Shown piece by piece: positions 8,499 through 19,160 of a DNA stretch of 64,000 bases. The DNA comes from an archaeon (GTDB lineage: Archaea; Nanobdellota; Nanobdellia; Woesearchaeales; GW2011-AR15). Every line of letters starts with the position of its first letter. Within the stretch, counting starts at the first letter, position 1. The notes under the pieces are model-generated. The model searched no databases. It had not been told where the DNA came from and worked only from the letters and a program-made list of their open reading frames with translations. The position numbers were made by a program, and so were the translations under genes. Where the stretch lies: positions 13,746-77,745 of the forward strand of contig JABHHN010000062.1 of the NCBI GenBank assembly GCA_018671515.1, in the 5' to 3' direction.

Positions 8499-11400
8499 TT
8501 ATGGTGTATTCAAACAAGCACATACGTCATTATTTTTTTGATTGCAAACACTATCTGATATTGATGTACATACACCTTGTCCAGTACATATTGAACCAAA
8601 CTGTTTTTCACATTTCCTTTTGCAATAACAATCGGCTCCATTATCACCACATATTGTTTCAGTTTTAACATCAATACATAAAGTTTCTTCTTCATTTATA
8701 TCAGGACATGGTTTTGAATTATCACAAGAATATGAACATAAAGGATTAAGCCAAAAATGACCACCTTGCTTTAAGCATTCAAAATTTTCTCCACAAAAAT
8801 CATTACCTAAATTTTTACAATTTTTATCAAAATTAGGATTACTAATCCCATTTTCTACAATATCTTCTGGTGTTCCCCAATTTGTTCCAACACCATAATC
8901 ACAATTCTCTTTAAAATCTTCATACTCTCCTTTTTCTGTACCACATTGCACATAATATCCATTTTCTGGAGTTGAAATTAATGCTTTTCCAAAAGTACAA
9001 CTACCACTACTTATTTTTGATATAGCACACCAATCTGTACTTTCTGCATCTGGATCTGATGATTCAAGAGCATAAAATAAATCAGCTTTACAATAACACA
9101 TATTATCATTTACTTCTTCTACTGCTTCACAGACATTCATATCACATTTAGCATTATAATTTTCTCTATTTATTGTTTCTACTGCTTCCCCAATGTCTGC
9201 TAACTTTTCAACTAAAGCATGCCAAGCATCTTGTAAAACTCCACCAGTACCAGCAGCTGTTGATACATCATATTCATCAATATGTTTTTTTCCTTCATCA
9301 TCATCATCACCAAATGTAATAATTCCGCAATTTGCATCTTTAGCATCTTCAACTTGTGGACATTGACCTAATCCAATACCTCCACAAAAACAATATCCTT
9401 TATCTCCACCTTCTTCGCCACCATCTGGAATTTCGCCACCATCATCTGGAGTTTCTCCACCTTCTGGTTCTTCTTCTGGTGTTTCAGGTTCCTCTTCAGG
9501 ATCATCATCACATTCAATACCACATTTCTCTTCCATCTCATCAGTACATGCAGCTTCAATATTTTCCTCACTGCATATATCTTCATATTCACCATGACAT
9601 GTATCTTCATCATATCCTTCTATAGATGAATATCCCCATTCTGAATCATCATTTTCACAAATTAAGCAAATCCCACCAAACCAAAACAAATTGTTCTCAT
9701 CTATTTCTCCTTCTTCTTCACATACTTCATATTTTCCTTCACAAGTCTCAAATATTATTCCTTCTTCTCCAGGTTCTGTTAAATCAAGGCTTAAATACTT
9801 GAAAATATCATCATCTTCATTTTCAGTTATTGCTCCTTGTATCTGAGTACATCTTTTACATATTCCTTCGCCATAATCTTTTAAATCACCTAATTCATCA
9901 TTATCACATTCTTCATCAACCAATGCAACACAGCCTTCCTCAGTTTCTATTTCTGAATTAAGTAACCATGAATAATCTTCTACTTCTGCTACAGATTTTA
10001 CTTGACATATCCAACAACCATTTGGAAGTGGAGTTTCATCATCATCATCAAAAATAATATTATCAACATTTTGCTTATTGCAAACTTGTTCAGGAAATAT
10101 TTTTTCACAACACACAGAACTTACTCCACAATACATTTCAGGTAATGAAATTCCTTGCTCCAAAATACAAAGATCATCAGACTCCACACCATCTGTATTT
10201 TCCATACAAAACCTATCATCATTGTCTTCTCCTTCAACAACACAATCTTCTGGTATTGTAAGTTGATCGTCATCAGGAGGAACTAATATATTTGGACCAG
10301 GTACACATTTTAATTCTGATTCTTCTGGATTAAAATCTTCAAGCACACCTGCATTACAAAAATGTTTAGGTGGTTCTAATGTTGTTGGATTATTGCAATA
10401 ATACCAATCACCTTCTGATATGCTACACTCAAAGGTTAAACAAGCATCTCCAAACATTGGCTCTACATTACCTTCATTACAATAATAACAAAGACCATAT
10501 TTCCCATTTCCTTCATCAAAATAACTTTCATCAAAATAAGTCATACCTGTTTTAATATCCAAATCTGCTACTATTTCTTCTCTTGTATCTTCATTTACAA
10601 CAGTATATGTACCAATACAATCAGTTATACTTGGTTTTGCTCTACAGCTAATTGTATTTTCAGGTGGAGTTTCTAAAAATTCACCATTACAACAATACAT
10701 GAATTCATTATTAGCAGTAGGAACATAAACATTGTTTTCACCATTTGTATTTTCATCTGACCCTAATTTTAAACAAGTACAATCTTTGTCAGACTCAGAG
10801 ACAATATCTGGGCATGTTTTTGTGCCCAATTGACAGGATCCACCATTAGGACTTAATGTACCAGTCATTGTTCCATCATCATATATTATTTCACTACATT
10901 CCAATAACGCATTTTCAACTATTGTTTTATCCACTTCATCTAATAATATAATTCTTGATCTTAAATCTTCAAAATCACATAATGTAATTTCATTTGGTTC
11001 ATTATAATGTCTATTTGAAAATAATCTTGAAAGGAACAATGTTTTTTGTTCTTCGTCAACTGTACCATCAACTTCTGGAAATTCTTGATTAATTACATCA
11101 ATAAAAGTTCCAAGACATAATTCTTCACCAATAATTTCTGAATCTTCATCTATAATTGCTGAATCTTCATCTATAATTTCAGAATTTAGACAATCTCTTA
11201 GATATTCAATTCTTCCCTCTAATGTTGTTGAACATTCATCAATTCCAACAATTCCTTTTCCTGCAATCCTCAATACAAAATTGGTCCACAATGTTGTATC
11301 ATAAATTCCATTTCTTGGATAATTTACTGAATTAACATATATTTTGTTTTCACCAGAAAGTACTTCACTGCTCCCATCACCCAATCTTAATGGTCCTGTA

Positions 11401-13628
11401 ATTCCAAATGTTTCAGGATTTAATCTAATATATGAAATATCAGAAGATGTTGCTCCTACTTGTAAATTCTCTTCAGATGTATCAGTTTCAAAAAAAGCAT
11501 ATCTTTCTCCTGCCACATCTTCTTTTGAATAATAAGTATCATCGGGTAAAAATTCATCATTATCAATTACTACTGTTTCGACATATTTTTGATTATCATG
11601 TATAAAATAATTGTTTTCTCCAAAATCCCCACCAGGTAAAAATTCAAATGGATTTGAACTATATAATGCACTCAATATAATAGCTCTAGAATTGATTCTA
11701 AAATCATCCAACCAAATTATTCTTTCATCATCACCTTCATTGATAATCATAGGTTCATCAGCTGGTTTAAGTGAACAAGCATTACCAAATGTTAAAAGTT
11801 CAAAACTCAATTCACCTTCAAAACTTACAGAATCAATCTGATTTGGTTGATAAAATTTATCAAGACCTGATATTTTTTCTTTATTTGCATCAATATATCC
11901 ATAAGTCATAGGAGTTGCATAAAATGGTGCATTGATTCCATTATTAGGATATCCTAAAGACTCTCCAAAATAGTAAGGATATTCAATTGAAACTCCTCTT
12001 TTATTTTGTAAGTTATTATAATTTAATATAGGTGTAGCTGAAAGAATTGTAGAACCAATATGTAAATCACAAGTATTTGCATTATTACAAACACATTGTG
12101 CTCTATCATTAATTCCATCTCCACTAATATATTTTTCAACAAAAGAAATAAATTTTTCTTCATCAGTTTCTCCATTTAATGCAATATTAATATCTTCACT
12201 TGTAAAATATTCAAATAAATCTCTTTTTGCCATTTCAGAACAAGTATCATAACATAATTCATCATCTACATTTCCTGATGTTAAACCACAACCTTCGACT
12301 GCTTTTATTCGTTGACTGGGTAAATCTTCTGCACTTTTTACAGGAATCCAATCATCCTGATCCCAATCATTTAGCAACAATCCTTTATTTTCACAAAGAT
12401 GATCTCTAAAATCATTATTTTTCTCATAATTTGAAGGAATTGGATATTTTTCAATACTATATATAATATCATCATCAAATGTACAAGTCGCTTCACCCAT
12501 ATATTCTGGATATAAATGAAGACCGTTTCTTGTTGTTGGCAATTGAATATGTGTACACTTCTCTTTTTTATCCAATGCTTTATTTTCATTCCATTCTTTA
12601 AATTCAACAATACTACAATATTCTATAAGTCCATCTAAATTCTCAACCCATCTATTCCTATCACTTGGCTCAATTAGATTTATGAATTTATTAAGAACTG
12701 GTAAATTGTAATATCCTGTTTCTTGTGAACCACAATCTACAACAGCTACTTCTGTAAAATGATCTACTAATGCAACTACTTGATAATATGTATTTCCATC
12801 ATATGTAACTTTTTCTACTTTCTGTGTTTCATATGTTCTCCAAAGTCCTGTTCTTCTATCCCACCACCCTAATTTTAGTTCTTCTGGTGGATAACCTTTT
12901 GGTATTTTTTCTTCCAAAACATCTACAGTAAATTTAATTGGTGGATCAAAGATTGCACCATCAGGTGTTCCTTCATATACTACTGAACCAATTACAACTT
13001 TATTATCAAGACCATCAAAATTATTATCTAAAACTGAAATTGCAACTTTATCAATTGACGCACCACCATAATCTTTAACTGTAGTATCTTCACTAAAAAA
13101 TAATGTTGACCTACCATCACTTGATTTTAAGAATGTATTTTTTTTTATAAGACCATTTTCAGTCCTTATCTCAATTGAAACTGGAATCCTAAATTGAAAT
13201 TCATTTAGTTCTAAAATCTCTTCACTTTTACTAAGTTTTATTGGATAACTAATTTTTACAAATATAGAATCAGGAGAAATTTCTACATCTGCGTCAACAT
13301 CTCCCTCTTCAACCTTATACCCTGAATCTTTAAACAATCCATACTCTCCCGTACATTCTTTTAAATTATTTTCAATCCATGCTTCATAAATATTTTCAGT
13401 ATTATAAAGACCATATAATTCCTTTGCAAAAAGTGTATTTTGCTTAAGGCATTCTGTCACATAGAAATTAAGACTATCTTTAGCAAATGGAAATTGTCTG
13501 ACATCATCTGAATCCCTTTGAAGACCTGATTTTAAAAAAATGTCTTTAAAATAAAATGACATAATTACTGATATAACAATTATTAATCCAATTATTACAA
13601 ACTTTGTTACTTGAGATTTCTTTTTCAA
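8499..13628 (-). CDS. giant acidic Cys-rich surface protein with class III-like signal peptide and ZU5/GPS-like domain
   Basis: MKKKS/QVTKFVIIGLII N-terminus; PDGAIFDPPIKF...W...VDHFT motif; many Cys-rich modules; TTG start. Confidence 0.8.
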   Translation of the reverse strand: MKKKSQVTKFVIIGLIIVISVIMSFYFKDIFLKSGLQRDSDDVRQFPFAKDSLNFYVTECLKQNTLFAKELYGLYNTENIYEAWIENNLKECTGEYGLFKDSGYKVEEGDVDADVEISPDSIFVKISYPIKLSKSEEILELNEFQFRIPVSIEIRTENGLIKKNTFLKSSDGRSTLFFSEDTTVKDYGGASIDKVAISVLDNNFDGLDNKVVIGSVVYEGTPDGAIFDPPIKFTVDVLEEKIPKGYPPEELKLGWWDRRTGLWRTYETQKVEKVTYDGNTYYQVVALVDHFTEVAVVDCGSQETGYYNLPVLNKFINLIEPSDRNRWVENLDGLIEYCSIVEFKEWNENKALDKKEKCTHIQLPTTRNGLHLYPEYMGEATCTFDDDIIYSIEKYPIPSNYEKNNDFRDHLCENKGLLLNDWDQDDWIPVKSAEDLPSQRIKAVEGCGLTSGNVDDELCYDTCSEMAKRDLFEYFTSEDINIALNGETDEEKFISFVEKYISGDGINDRAQCVCNNANTCDLHIGSTILSATPILNYNNLQNKRGVSIEYPYYFGESLGYPNNGINAPFYATPMTYGYIDANKEKISGLDKFYQPNQIDSVSFEGELSFELLTFGNACSLKPADEPMIINEGDDERIIWLDDFRINSRAIILSALYSSNPFEFLPGGDFGENNYFIHDNQKYVETVVIDNDEFLPDDTYYSKEDVAGERYAFFETDTSEENLQVGATSSDISYIRLNPETFGITGPLRLGDGSSEVLSGENKIYVNSVNYPRNGIYDTTLWTNFVLRIAGKGIVGIDECSTTLEGRIEYLRDCLNSEIIDEDSAIIDEDSEIIGEELCLGTFIDVINQEFPEVDGTVDEEQKTLFLSRLFSNRHYNEPNEITLCDFEDLRSRIILLDEVDKTIVENALLECSEIIYDDGTMTGTLSPNGGSCQLGTKTCPDIVSESDKDCTCLKLGSDENTNGENNVYVPTANNEFMYCCNGEFLETPPENTISCRAKPSITDCIGTYTVVNEDTREEIVADLDIKTGMTYFDESYFDEGNGKYGLCYYCNEGNVEPMFGDACLTFECSISEGDWYYCNNPTTLEPPKHFCNAGVLEDFNPEESELKCVPGPNILVPPDDDQLTIPEDCVVEGEDNDDRFCMENTDGVESDDLCILEQGISLPEMYCGVSSVCCEKIFPEQVCNKQNVDNIIFDDDDETPLPNGCWICQVKSVAEVEDYSWLLNSEIETEEGCVALVDEECDNDELGDLKDYGEGICKRCTQIQGAITENEDDDIFKYLSLDLTEPGEEGIIFETCEGKYEVCEEEGEIDENNLFWFGGICLICENDDSEWGYSSIEGYDEDTCHGEYEDICSEENIEAACTDEMEEKCGIECDDDPEEEPETPEEEPEGGETPDDGGEIPDGGEEGGDKGYCFCGGIGLGQCPQVEDAKDANCGIITFGDDDDEGKKHIDEYDVSTAAGTGGVLQDAWHALVEKLADIGEAVETINRENYNAKCDMNVCEAVEEVNDNMCYCKADLFYALESSDPDAESTDWCAISKISSGSCTFGKALISTPENGYYVQCGTEKGEYEDFKENCDYGVGTNWGTPEDIVENGISNPNFDKNCKNLGNDFCGENFECLKQGGHFWLNPLCSYSCDNSKPCPDINEEETLCIDVKTETICGDNGADCYCKRKCEKQFGSICTGQGVCTSISDSVCNQKNNDVCACLNTP

Positions 13629-13730
13629 AATATTATAGTTTAAAGAAGCCAGATTATATAAATCTTACCTTATTTTTTAAAAATTAAAAACTCTAATTTT
13701 TATTAGAAAACTATATAAATTGGAAAACAA

Positions 13731-14381
13731 ATGAATAAATTTATGCTTAAAAAAATAATTTTTATCATTTCAATGATGTTAATAATTTCTGCGTGTGAAA
13801 CTGTGGCACCACAAAATGAAATAAATGAAACAGAAGAAATACAAGATGAAGAATTTAAATTAGTACTTCCAAATAAATTACGGCAATGGGCAATATCCGC
13901 AACTGCTAGTTCTGCATATGGAAGCATTCATGCTGATGGAGATTGGACACCAAGTTCTTTGATTGGTGAACCAGATGTAATAAAATGTGAAGATGATCCT
14001 AAAGCTTGGGTATCTGCACAAGAAGATGATGATCTTCAATGGATTGAACTTATATACGACAAAAATGTTTATGTGACTGATATAAGAATAAGAGAAACAC
14101 TTGGTCCAGGAGCAGTTGTAATGATTGAGGCAAAATCTGATGATGGATATAAAACAATATTTGAAGGTACTGATAATAATGAAGAATGTCTTGATTTTTT
14201 TGAATTTACTTATAATGATGGTGAATTAAATAAAACTGATTTCATGACAGACACAATAAAAATTACACTTGATACAAATGTTGCAGATTGGAATGAAATT
14301 GATGCAGTTGAACTAATTGGATATCAAAGAAATTGGCACATTGAACCAGATGGTAATTTTACAAAAGTTGTGCTTGAATAG
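13731..14381 (+). CDS. lipoprotein with discoidin/galactose-binding-like domain
   Basis: Lipobox ISAC; QWAISATASS, QWIELIY, WNEIDAVELIG. Confidence 0.65.
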   Translation: MNKFMLKKIIFIISMMLIISACETVAPQNEINETEEIQDEEFKLVLPNKLRQWAISATASSAYGSIHADGDWTPSSLIGEPDVIKCEDDPKAWVSAQEDDDLQWIELIYDKNVYVTDIRIRETLGPGAVVMIEAKSDDGYKTIFEGTDNNEECLDFFEFTYNDGELNKTDFMTDTIKITLDTNVADWNEIDAVELIGYQRNWHIEPDGNFTKVVLE

Positions 14382-14440
14382 GATTTAATTTTATTTAGAT
14401 ATGTTTTCTTTTTTAGTTTTTTATAATATTTTTTTATTGA

Positions 14441-14545
14441 ATCACTATAATTTTCCATAGTAAGAGGCATAAAATGCCTCCTACAAAGTTGCACGTGCTT
14501 TTTCATTGTGCAACAACTTAGGAAGTCTTAAGACTTCCTTATGTG
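14441..14545. repeat. palindromic intergenic element, family B copy 1
   Basis: Three hairpins: GAGGCAT-AAA-ATGCCTC, GTTGCAC..GTGCAAC, and the perfect palindrome AGGAAGTCTTAAGACTTCCT; both ends match the reverse complement of 19161-19309. Confidence 0.88.
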
Positions 14546-14670
14546 TTTAAATTAATAATACAAAAAAACAAAAATCTAAATTAATCTAAAAACTAACTTT
14601 TAAAAAATTTTAAATCTAATACCTCATCTTTTCGAAAGACTTTTAAAAAGATAAAATAAGAAATTATTCT

Positions 14671-16656
14671 ATGAAAAAAATTATATCAATATTTATATTC
14701 TTAATTTTAATAATAAATGTATATGCTGAAGTTGACAAAGATATTTTTTATTTTGATGAAATAGATCTTGATATAGAATTAAAATCAAGTGTTTTTTTAG
14801 TTCCTAAATCAGATGATCATGAAACAGAATATGTTTCAATAAATCTTAAATTCCTTCCAACTACAGATTCCAGACAAAATGTTATTTCAATAGAAACAAA
14901 TCCTAAAGCAGACATAGATGAAAATGTAAATTTCTGGATTGATAATCCAGATATTGGTGAAATAGAATATTCTTTGACTTCAAATATTAAAACTCACAAT
15001 AGATTCAATAGAATAAAAAAACATGTTGATTTTCCTATAAAAAATCTTGACTCTAATCTACAAGAATATATTATGCCAACTAATAAAATTGATATTAATA
15101 AAAATATAATTAATCTTGCATCAACTTTAGCTGAAGGTGAAAATAATCTTTTCAAAGTTGTATTTAATATTGCTGATTGGACACAAGAAAATATAGAATA
15201 TAGTCTAGACACACTTACTGCAGAAGCATCTCAAAAATCAAGCTGGGTATTAGAAAATAGATATGGTGTATGTGATGAAATTACAAATTTATTTATTGCT
15301 CTTTCAAGATCTCTTGGAATTCCAGCAAGATTTATTTCTGGAATTTCATATACAAATTCAGAACAATTTGCAAACCCATGGGGATTACATGGATGGGCTG
15401 AAGTGTATTTTCCAGATGTAGGATGGGTACCATTTGATGTAACATATGGACAACTAGGTTATATTGATGCAGGACATATAAAATTAAAGGAATCTTTAGA
15501 TTCAGATAAGACAAGTACTAAATTTGAATGGCGTGGAAACAATGTTGATTTAACAACAGAAAGCCTTGAAGTTGATGTAACAATAAATGGAAAAGGAAAA
15601 AAAATAATTTCTCCAATAGATATCAATGTAATATCAAATTCTCCGAGTGTAGATTTTGGTTCATATAATTTAATAATTGCAGATATAACAAATATAAGAG
15701 ATTATTATGTAACAACTGAATTACATTTAAGCACATCAAAAGAAATTGAATTAATTGATTCAAATAAAAAACATGTATATCTAAAACCTAAAGAAAAAAA
15801 AAGATTTTTCTGGATAATCAAAATTCCAGATAGCCTTAAAAAAGACTTCATATATACATTTCCAATTGGTATTACTTCTTCATTTGATGAATCATATAGT
15901 ACATCATTTGAAGCAAAAAGAAATGAAGTTAAATATTCATTAGCTGATGTAGAATCAATTGTTTCTTTAGAAAAAGAAGCAGATAAAAAAGTATATTCCC
16001 GAAATATTGAACTTATGTGTCTAAATATCAATGATGCAATAACAGGTAAAAAAATAATCATTGAATGTGATTTAAAAAATCTAGGAAATGTTGTCTTACA
16101 TGACTTAAAAATATGTCTTGAAAATGATTGTGAGGAAAGAGATTTACATATATCTGAGAGTAAAAAAATTGAATTTACTAAAATATATGATGAAACAGGA
16201 GAAAAAGCAGTCACCATAACTGCAAAAAACACAGGTGTTACTGCATCATCATTTTTTAAGATTTTTGTAGTTGATGAACCAGTAATTGATATCATTGATA
16301 TGGTTTATCCTGAAAGTATAAAATATAAGGAAAAATTTGATGTTGAATTTACATTAATTCCTATGTCACTTACTGAACCAAAAAATGTAATATTGACTTT
16401 TACATTCAATGATGAATCTCAGCAATGGAAATTTGATAGTTTAGAAACAAAAAAACCAGTAAAAATTGAAATTGATAGTGCACTTCTAAAAGAAGGAGAA
16501 ACTGAATTTAAAATATATACTACTTACACAGATGGAGTAGATAAAAAATTCAATAAAGATGATAGTTTTACAATCTCAATGGATGATCTAACAGGATTGC
16601 AAAAGATTGAGAAATTCTTTGTTGATTTATTTAGAAAAATTAGGAATTTATTCTGA
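14671..16656 (+). CDS. secreted transglutaminase-like (Cys-His-Asp) domain protein
   Basis: Signal peptide; GVCDE, HGWAEVY, GWVPFDVT; C-terminal beta-rich domains. Confidence 0.88.
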   Translation: MKKIISIFIFLILIINVYAEVDKDIFYFDEIDLDIELKSSVFLVPKSDDHETEYVSINLKFLPTTDSRQNVISIETNPKADIDENVNFWIDNPDIGEIEYSLTSNIKTHNRFNRIKKHVDFPIKNLDSNLQEYIMPTNKIDINKNIINLASTLAEGENNLFKVVFNIADWTQENIEYSLDTLTAEASQKSSWVLENRYGVCDEITNLFIALSRSLGIPARFISGISYTNSEQFANPWGLHGWAEVYFPDVGWVPFDVTYGQLGYIDAGHIKLKESLDSDKTSTKFEWRGNNVDLTTESLEVDVTINGKGKKIISPIDINVISNSPSVDFGSYNLIIADITNIRDYYVTTELHLSTSKEIELIDSNKKHVYLKPKEKKRFFWIIKIPDSLKKDFIYTFPIGITSSFDESYSTSFEAKRNEVKYSLADVESIVSLEKEADKKVYSRNIELMCLNINDAITGKKIIIECDLKNLGNVVLHDLKICLENDCEERDLHISESKKIEFTKIYDETGEKAVTITAKNTGVTASSFFKIFVVDEPVIDIIDMVYPESIKYKEKFDVEFTLIPMSLTEPKNVILTFTFNDESQQWKFDSLETKKPVKIEIDSALLKEGETEFKIYTTYTDGVDKKFNKDDSFTISMDDLTGLQKIEKFFVDLFRKIRNLF

Positions 16657-16712
16657 ATATTGTTTTTTTGACGTTAGATTTATAAATGATTTATTTATTC
16701 ACTTTAATAGAC

Positions 16713-16829
16713 GCGCCGGTGGTCTAATGGCTATGATTTTGGCCTTCCACACGTTAAAATCGAAGATTCACTGGATCTTCAACTACGTGAAGATAGCCGA
16801 CGATCTGGGTTCAAATCCCGGCCGGCGCA
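16713..16829 (+). tRNA. tRNA-Gly(TCC) with 45-nt intron at 37/38 (16750-16794)
   Basis: Acceptor GCGCCGG/CCGGCGC, T-loop GGTTCAAATCC, anticodon TCC 16746-48; BHB with CTTC/GAAG helix and CAC and ATA bulges; no encoded CCA; TATA-like tttataaa about 30 nt upstream. Confidence 0.95.
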
Positions 16830-16928
16830 TATTTTTATATAAAAATTCAACAAATACATTATTTAAAATATTTTACAACTATTTCTTAACACAATAAATA
16901 TATACTAAATCAAATTAATAACAAACTA

Positions 16929-17591
16929 ATGGAGAAAAAAACAAATAATAAATCAATTATGTGTATATGTGCACATAATGATGACCAAGTAATTGGAGCT
17001 GGTGGAGCTCTTGCTAAGTATGCAAAAGAAGGATATAAAATAATTACAATAATTATGAGTTTTGGAGAACTAGGAATTGTACATTTTAAAGAAGAAGAAG
17101 CAAGAAAAATAAGAGTAAAAGAATCAAGAAGAGCAGATAAAATCCTAGGTTTTGAAAGAACTCATTATCTTGGATTAACAGAAGGAAAATTTGCAGAAGA
17201 AATAAAAATAAAAAATATCAAAGAAAAAATAATAAATATCATAAAAAAAGAAAAACCAATAAAAATATTCACACATGCAACTGATGATCCACATCCTGAT
17301 CATAGAGATGTAAATAAATTTGTTCTTGATATTGCTAATCAAATTGATTATAAAGGAGAAATATATAGTTATAATATATGGAATTTTTTTATAAATTTTA
17401 AAAATAGATATAATCCTAAAATGGTTGTCGACATAACCGACACATTCAAATTAAAAGCAAGTGCTTTTGATGCACATAAAAGTCAATGGCATGCAAGATG
17501 GTCACTAACCTGGAATGTATATTTTCAAGCTATTTATTACGGATTAAAATATAAAAAAAAATATGCCGAAGTTTTTTATAAATTAAGATGA
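16929..17591 (+). CDS. PIG-L/LmbE family N-deacetylase
   Basis: AHNDD, RVKES, HPDH, HKSQ motifs. Confidence 0.9.
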   Translation: MEKKTNNKSIMCICAHNDDQVIGAGGALAKYAKEGYKIITIIMSFGELGIVHFKEEEARKIRVKESRRADKILGFERTHYLGLTEGKFAEEIKIKNIKEKIINIIKKEKPIKIFTHATDDPHPDHRDVNKFVLDIANQIDYKGEIYSYNIWNFFINFKNRYNPKMVVDITDTFKLKASAFDAHKSQWHARWSLTWNVYFQAIYYGLKYKKKYAEVFYKLR

Positions 17592-18733
17592 AAGAAAAAG
17601 ATAAGAAAAAAAGAAAAAAATTATTAATTGTAAGTGATGCATTTCTTCCTAGATGGGATGGTATCGCTAGATTCCTATACGAAATTATTCCAAGACTTAG
17701 TAAAACATATGATATAACAATATTGACTACTGATAATGGTAAAATTCAAGAAGATCTTGGTGTAAAAATAGTCCAGATAAGTAAACTAAATTTAAGACTT
17801 GGAGATTTTTATCCAAGCAAAATTGATTTTGTAACAGCAACAAAATTAGTATCTAAATCAGATGTAGTTTTTGTCCAATCATTAGGTCCTATTGGTGGTG
17901 CTGCAATTCTTGTTGCTAATAAATTAAGAAAACCAATATTGTTCTATTCTCATGTTATTGATTGGAAATTATATCCTAAAAGTATAAATTCAAAAATATT
18001 AAAACCAATTCTAAATACAATTGTTAAAATATATGCCAAATATATGTTCAATAGATGTAATCTTCTTTTAGTTCCTTCTGTTGAAACAATGGAACTTTTT
18101 TCTTTCATGAAAATAACTGCTAAAAAACAAGTTGTTCATCTGGGAGTTGACATAATAAATTTTTCACCACCAAGAGATAAAAGAAAAGCTAAAGAAGATA
18201 TAGGGATAAACCCTGATCATTTAGTCATTGGTTCAGTAGGTAGATTCGGACATGAAAAAGATCTTCCTACTCTCCAAAGAGCATTTTTAAGATTAAGATC
18301 AAAAAAAAAAGACGTAACATTATTAATTGTTGGAGATGGACGGGAAGACATCAAAAAATTATTTGTTAATAAAAAACAAATACTATATGTTGGACAAAAA
18401 AAAGATCCTTCAAAATATTACAAAGCAATGGATATATATGTCCTTCCAAGCCTTGAAGAAACTACATCCCTTACAACACTTGAAGCAATGTCTTGTAAAG
18501 TTGCACCAATAACTACTCAAGTAGGTTTTATAAAAGAATATTTGAAAGATGGAAAAAATGGTCTATTCTTTCCAAAAAGAGATTCATATAGATTGTATAT
18601 TAAAATAAGAAATCTAATAACAAGTCCAAGTCAAAGAATGCACCTGGCAGAAAACGCTAGAAGCACAGTTATAAATAAATTTTCATGGGAAATAACAACT
18701 AAAAAAATTCAAAAAGCCATTGAATCACTCTAG
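17588..18733 (+). CDS. GT4 family glycosyltransferase
   Basis: PRWDG, VGRFGHEK, PSLEETTSLTTLEAMS; ATGA overlap with the deacetylase. Confidence 0.92.
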   Translation: MKEKDKKKRKKLLIVSDAFLPRWDGIARFLYEIIPRLSKTYDITILTTDNGKIQEDLGVKIVQISKLNLRLGDFYPSKIDFVTATKLVSKSDVVFVQSLGPIGGAAILVANKLRKPILFYSHVIDWKLYPKSINSKILKPILNTIVKIYAKYMFNRCNLLLVPSVETMELFSFMKITAKKQVVHLGVDIINFSPPRDKRKAKEDIGINPDHLVIGSVGRFGHEKDLPTLQRAFLRLRSKKKDVTLLIVGDGREDIKKLFVNKKQILYVGQKKDPSKYYKAMDIYVLPSLEETTSLTTLEAMSCKVAPITTQVGFIKEYLKDGKNGLFFPKRDSYRLYIKIRNLITSPSQRMHLAENARSTVINKFSWEITTKKIQKAIESL

Positions 18734-19047
18734 AACTTATCAAGCATTGTAGTCACTTGATTTAACATCTGAACAATTTTTCTTAATTGCCCTTCAAGAC
18801 CCATATTCGCAATACCTTCTGCCTTTTCCATTTGAATTATACTTCTTATATTTTGAGAAATACCATCTAAATAATCTTGATAATCACTAAGTTCATTTAC
18901 AGTGAGATTTTTTCCACTTGTTAGTCTTTTTTCGATATTTTTTAAACTCACATCATCAGTCTTTGTAATCCTATAACCTCTTCGCCCTATGTCTTTTATA
19001 TATTCACCCATAGGTTTGGATTTATCTTCGACTTTTCCATCTGCCAT
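18730..19047 (-). CDS. hypothetical protein
   Basis: 105-aa helical ORF with protein-like composition. Confidence 0.6.
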   Translation of the reverse strand: MADGKVEDKSKPMGEYIKDIGRRGYRITKTDDVSLKNIEKRLTSGKNLTVNELSDYQDYLDGISQNIRSIIQMEKAEGIANMGLEGQLRKIVQMLNQVTTMLDKF

Positions 19048-19160
19048 AAATAAATTAAATAGAAATGGAAGTTATAAATTTATCGAAAAAGAAAGTATAA
19101 GGAAATAATAATTAATTAATTCAAAAAATATAATTTTTCTTTTTTTATCATTATTTCATA

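Noticed and set aside
16607-16897. 96-aa ORF
   Set aside because: It overlaps the tRNA-Gly gene and the end of the upstream CDS, so it is a shadow ORF.
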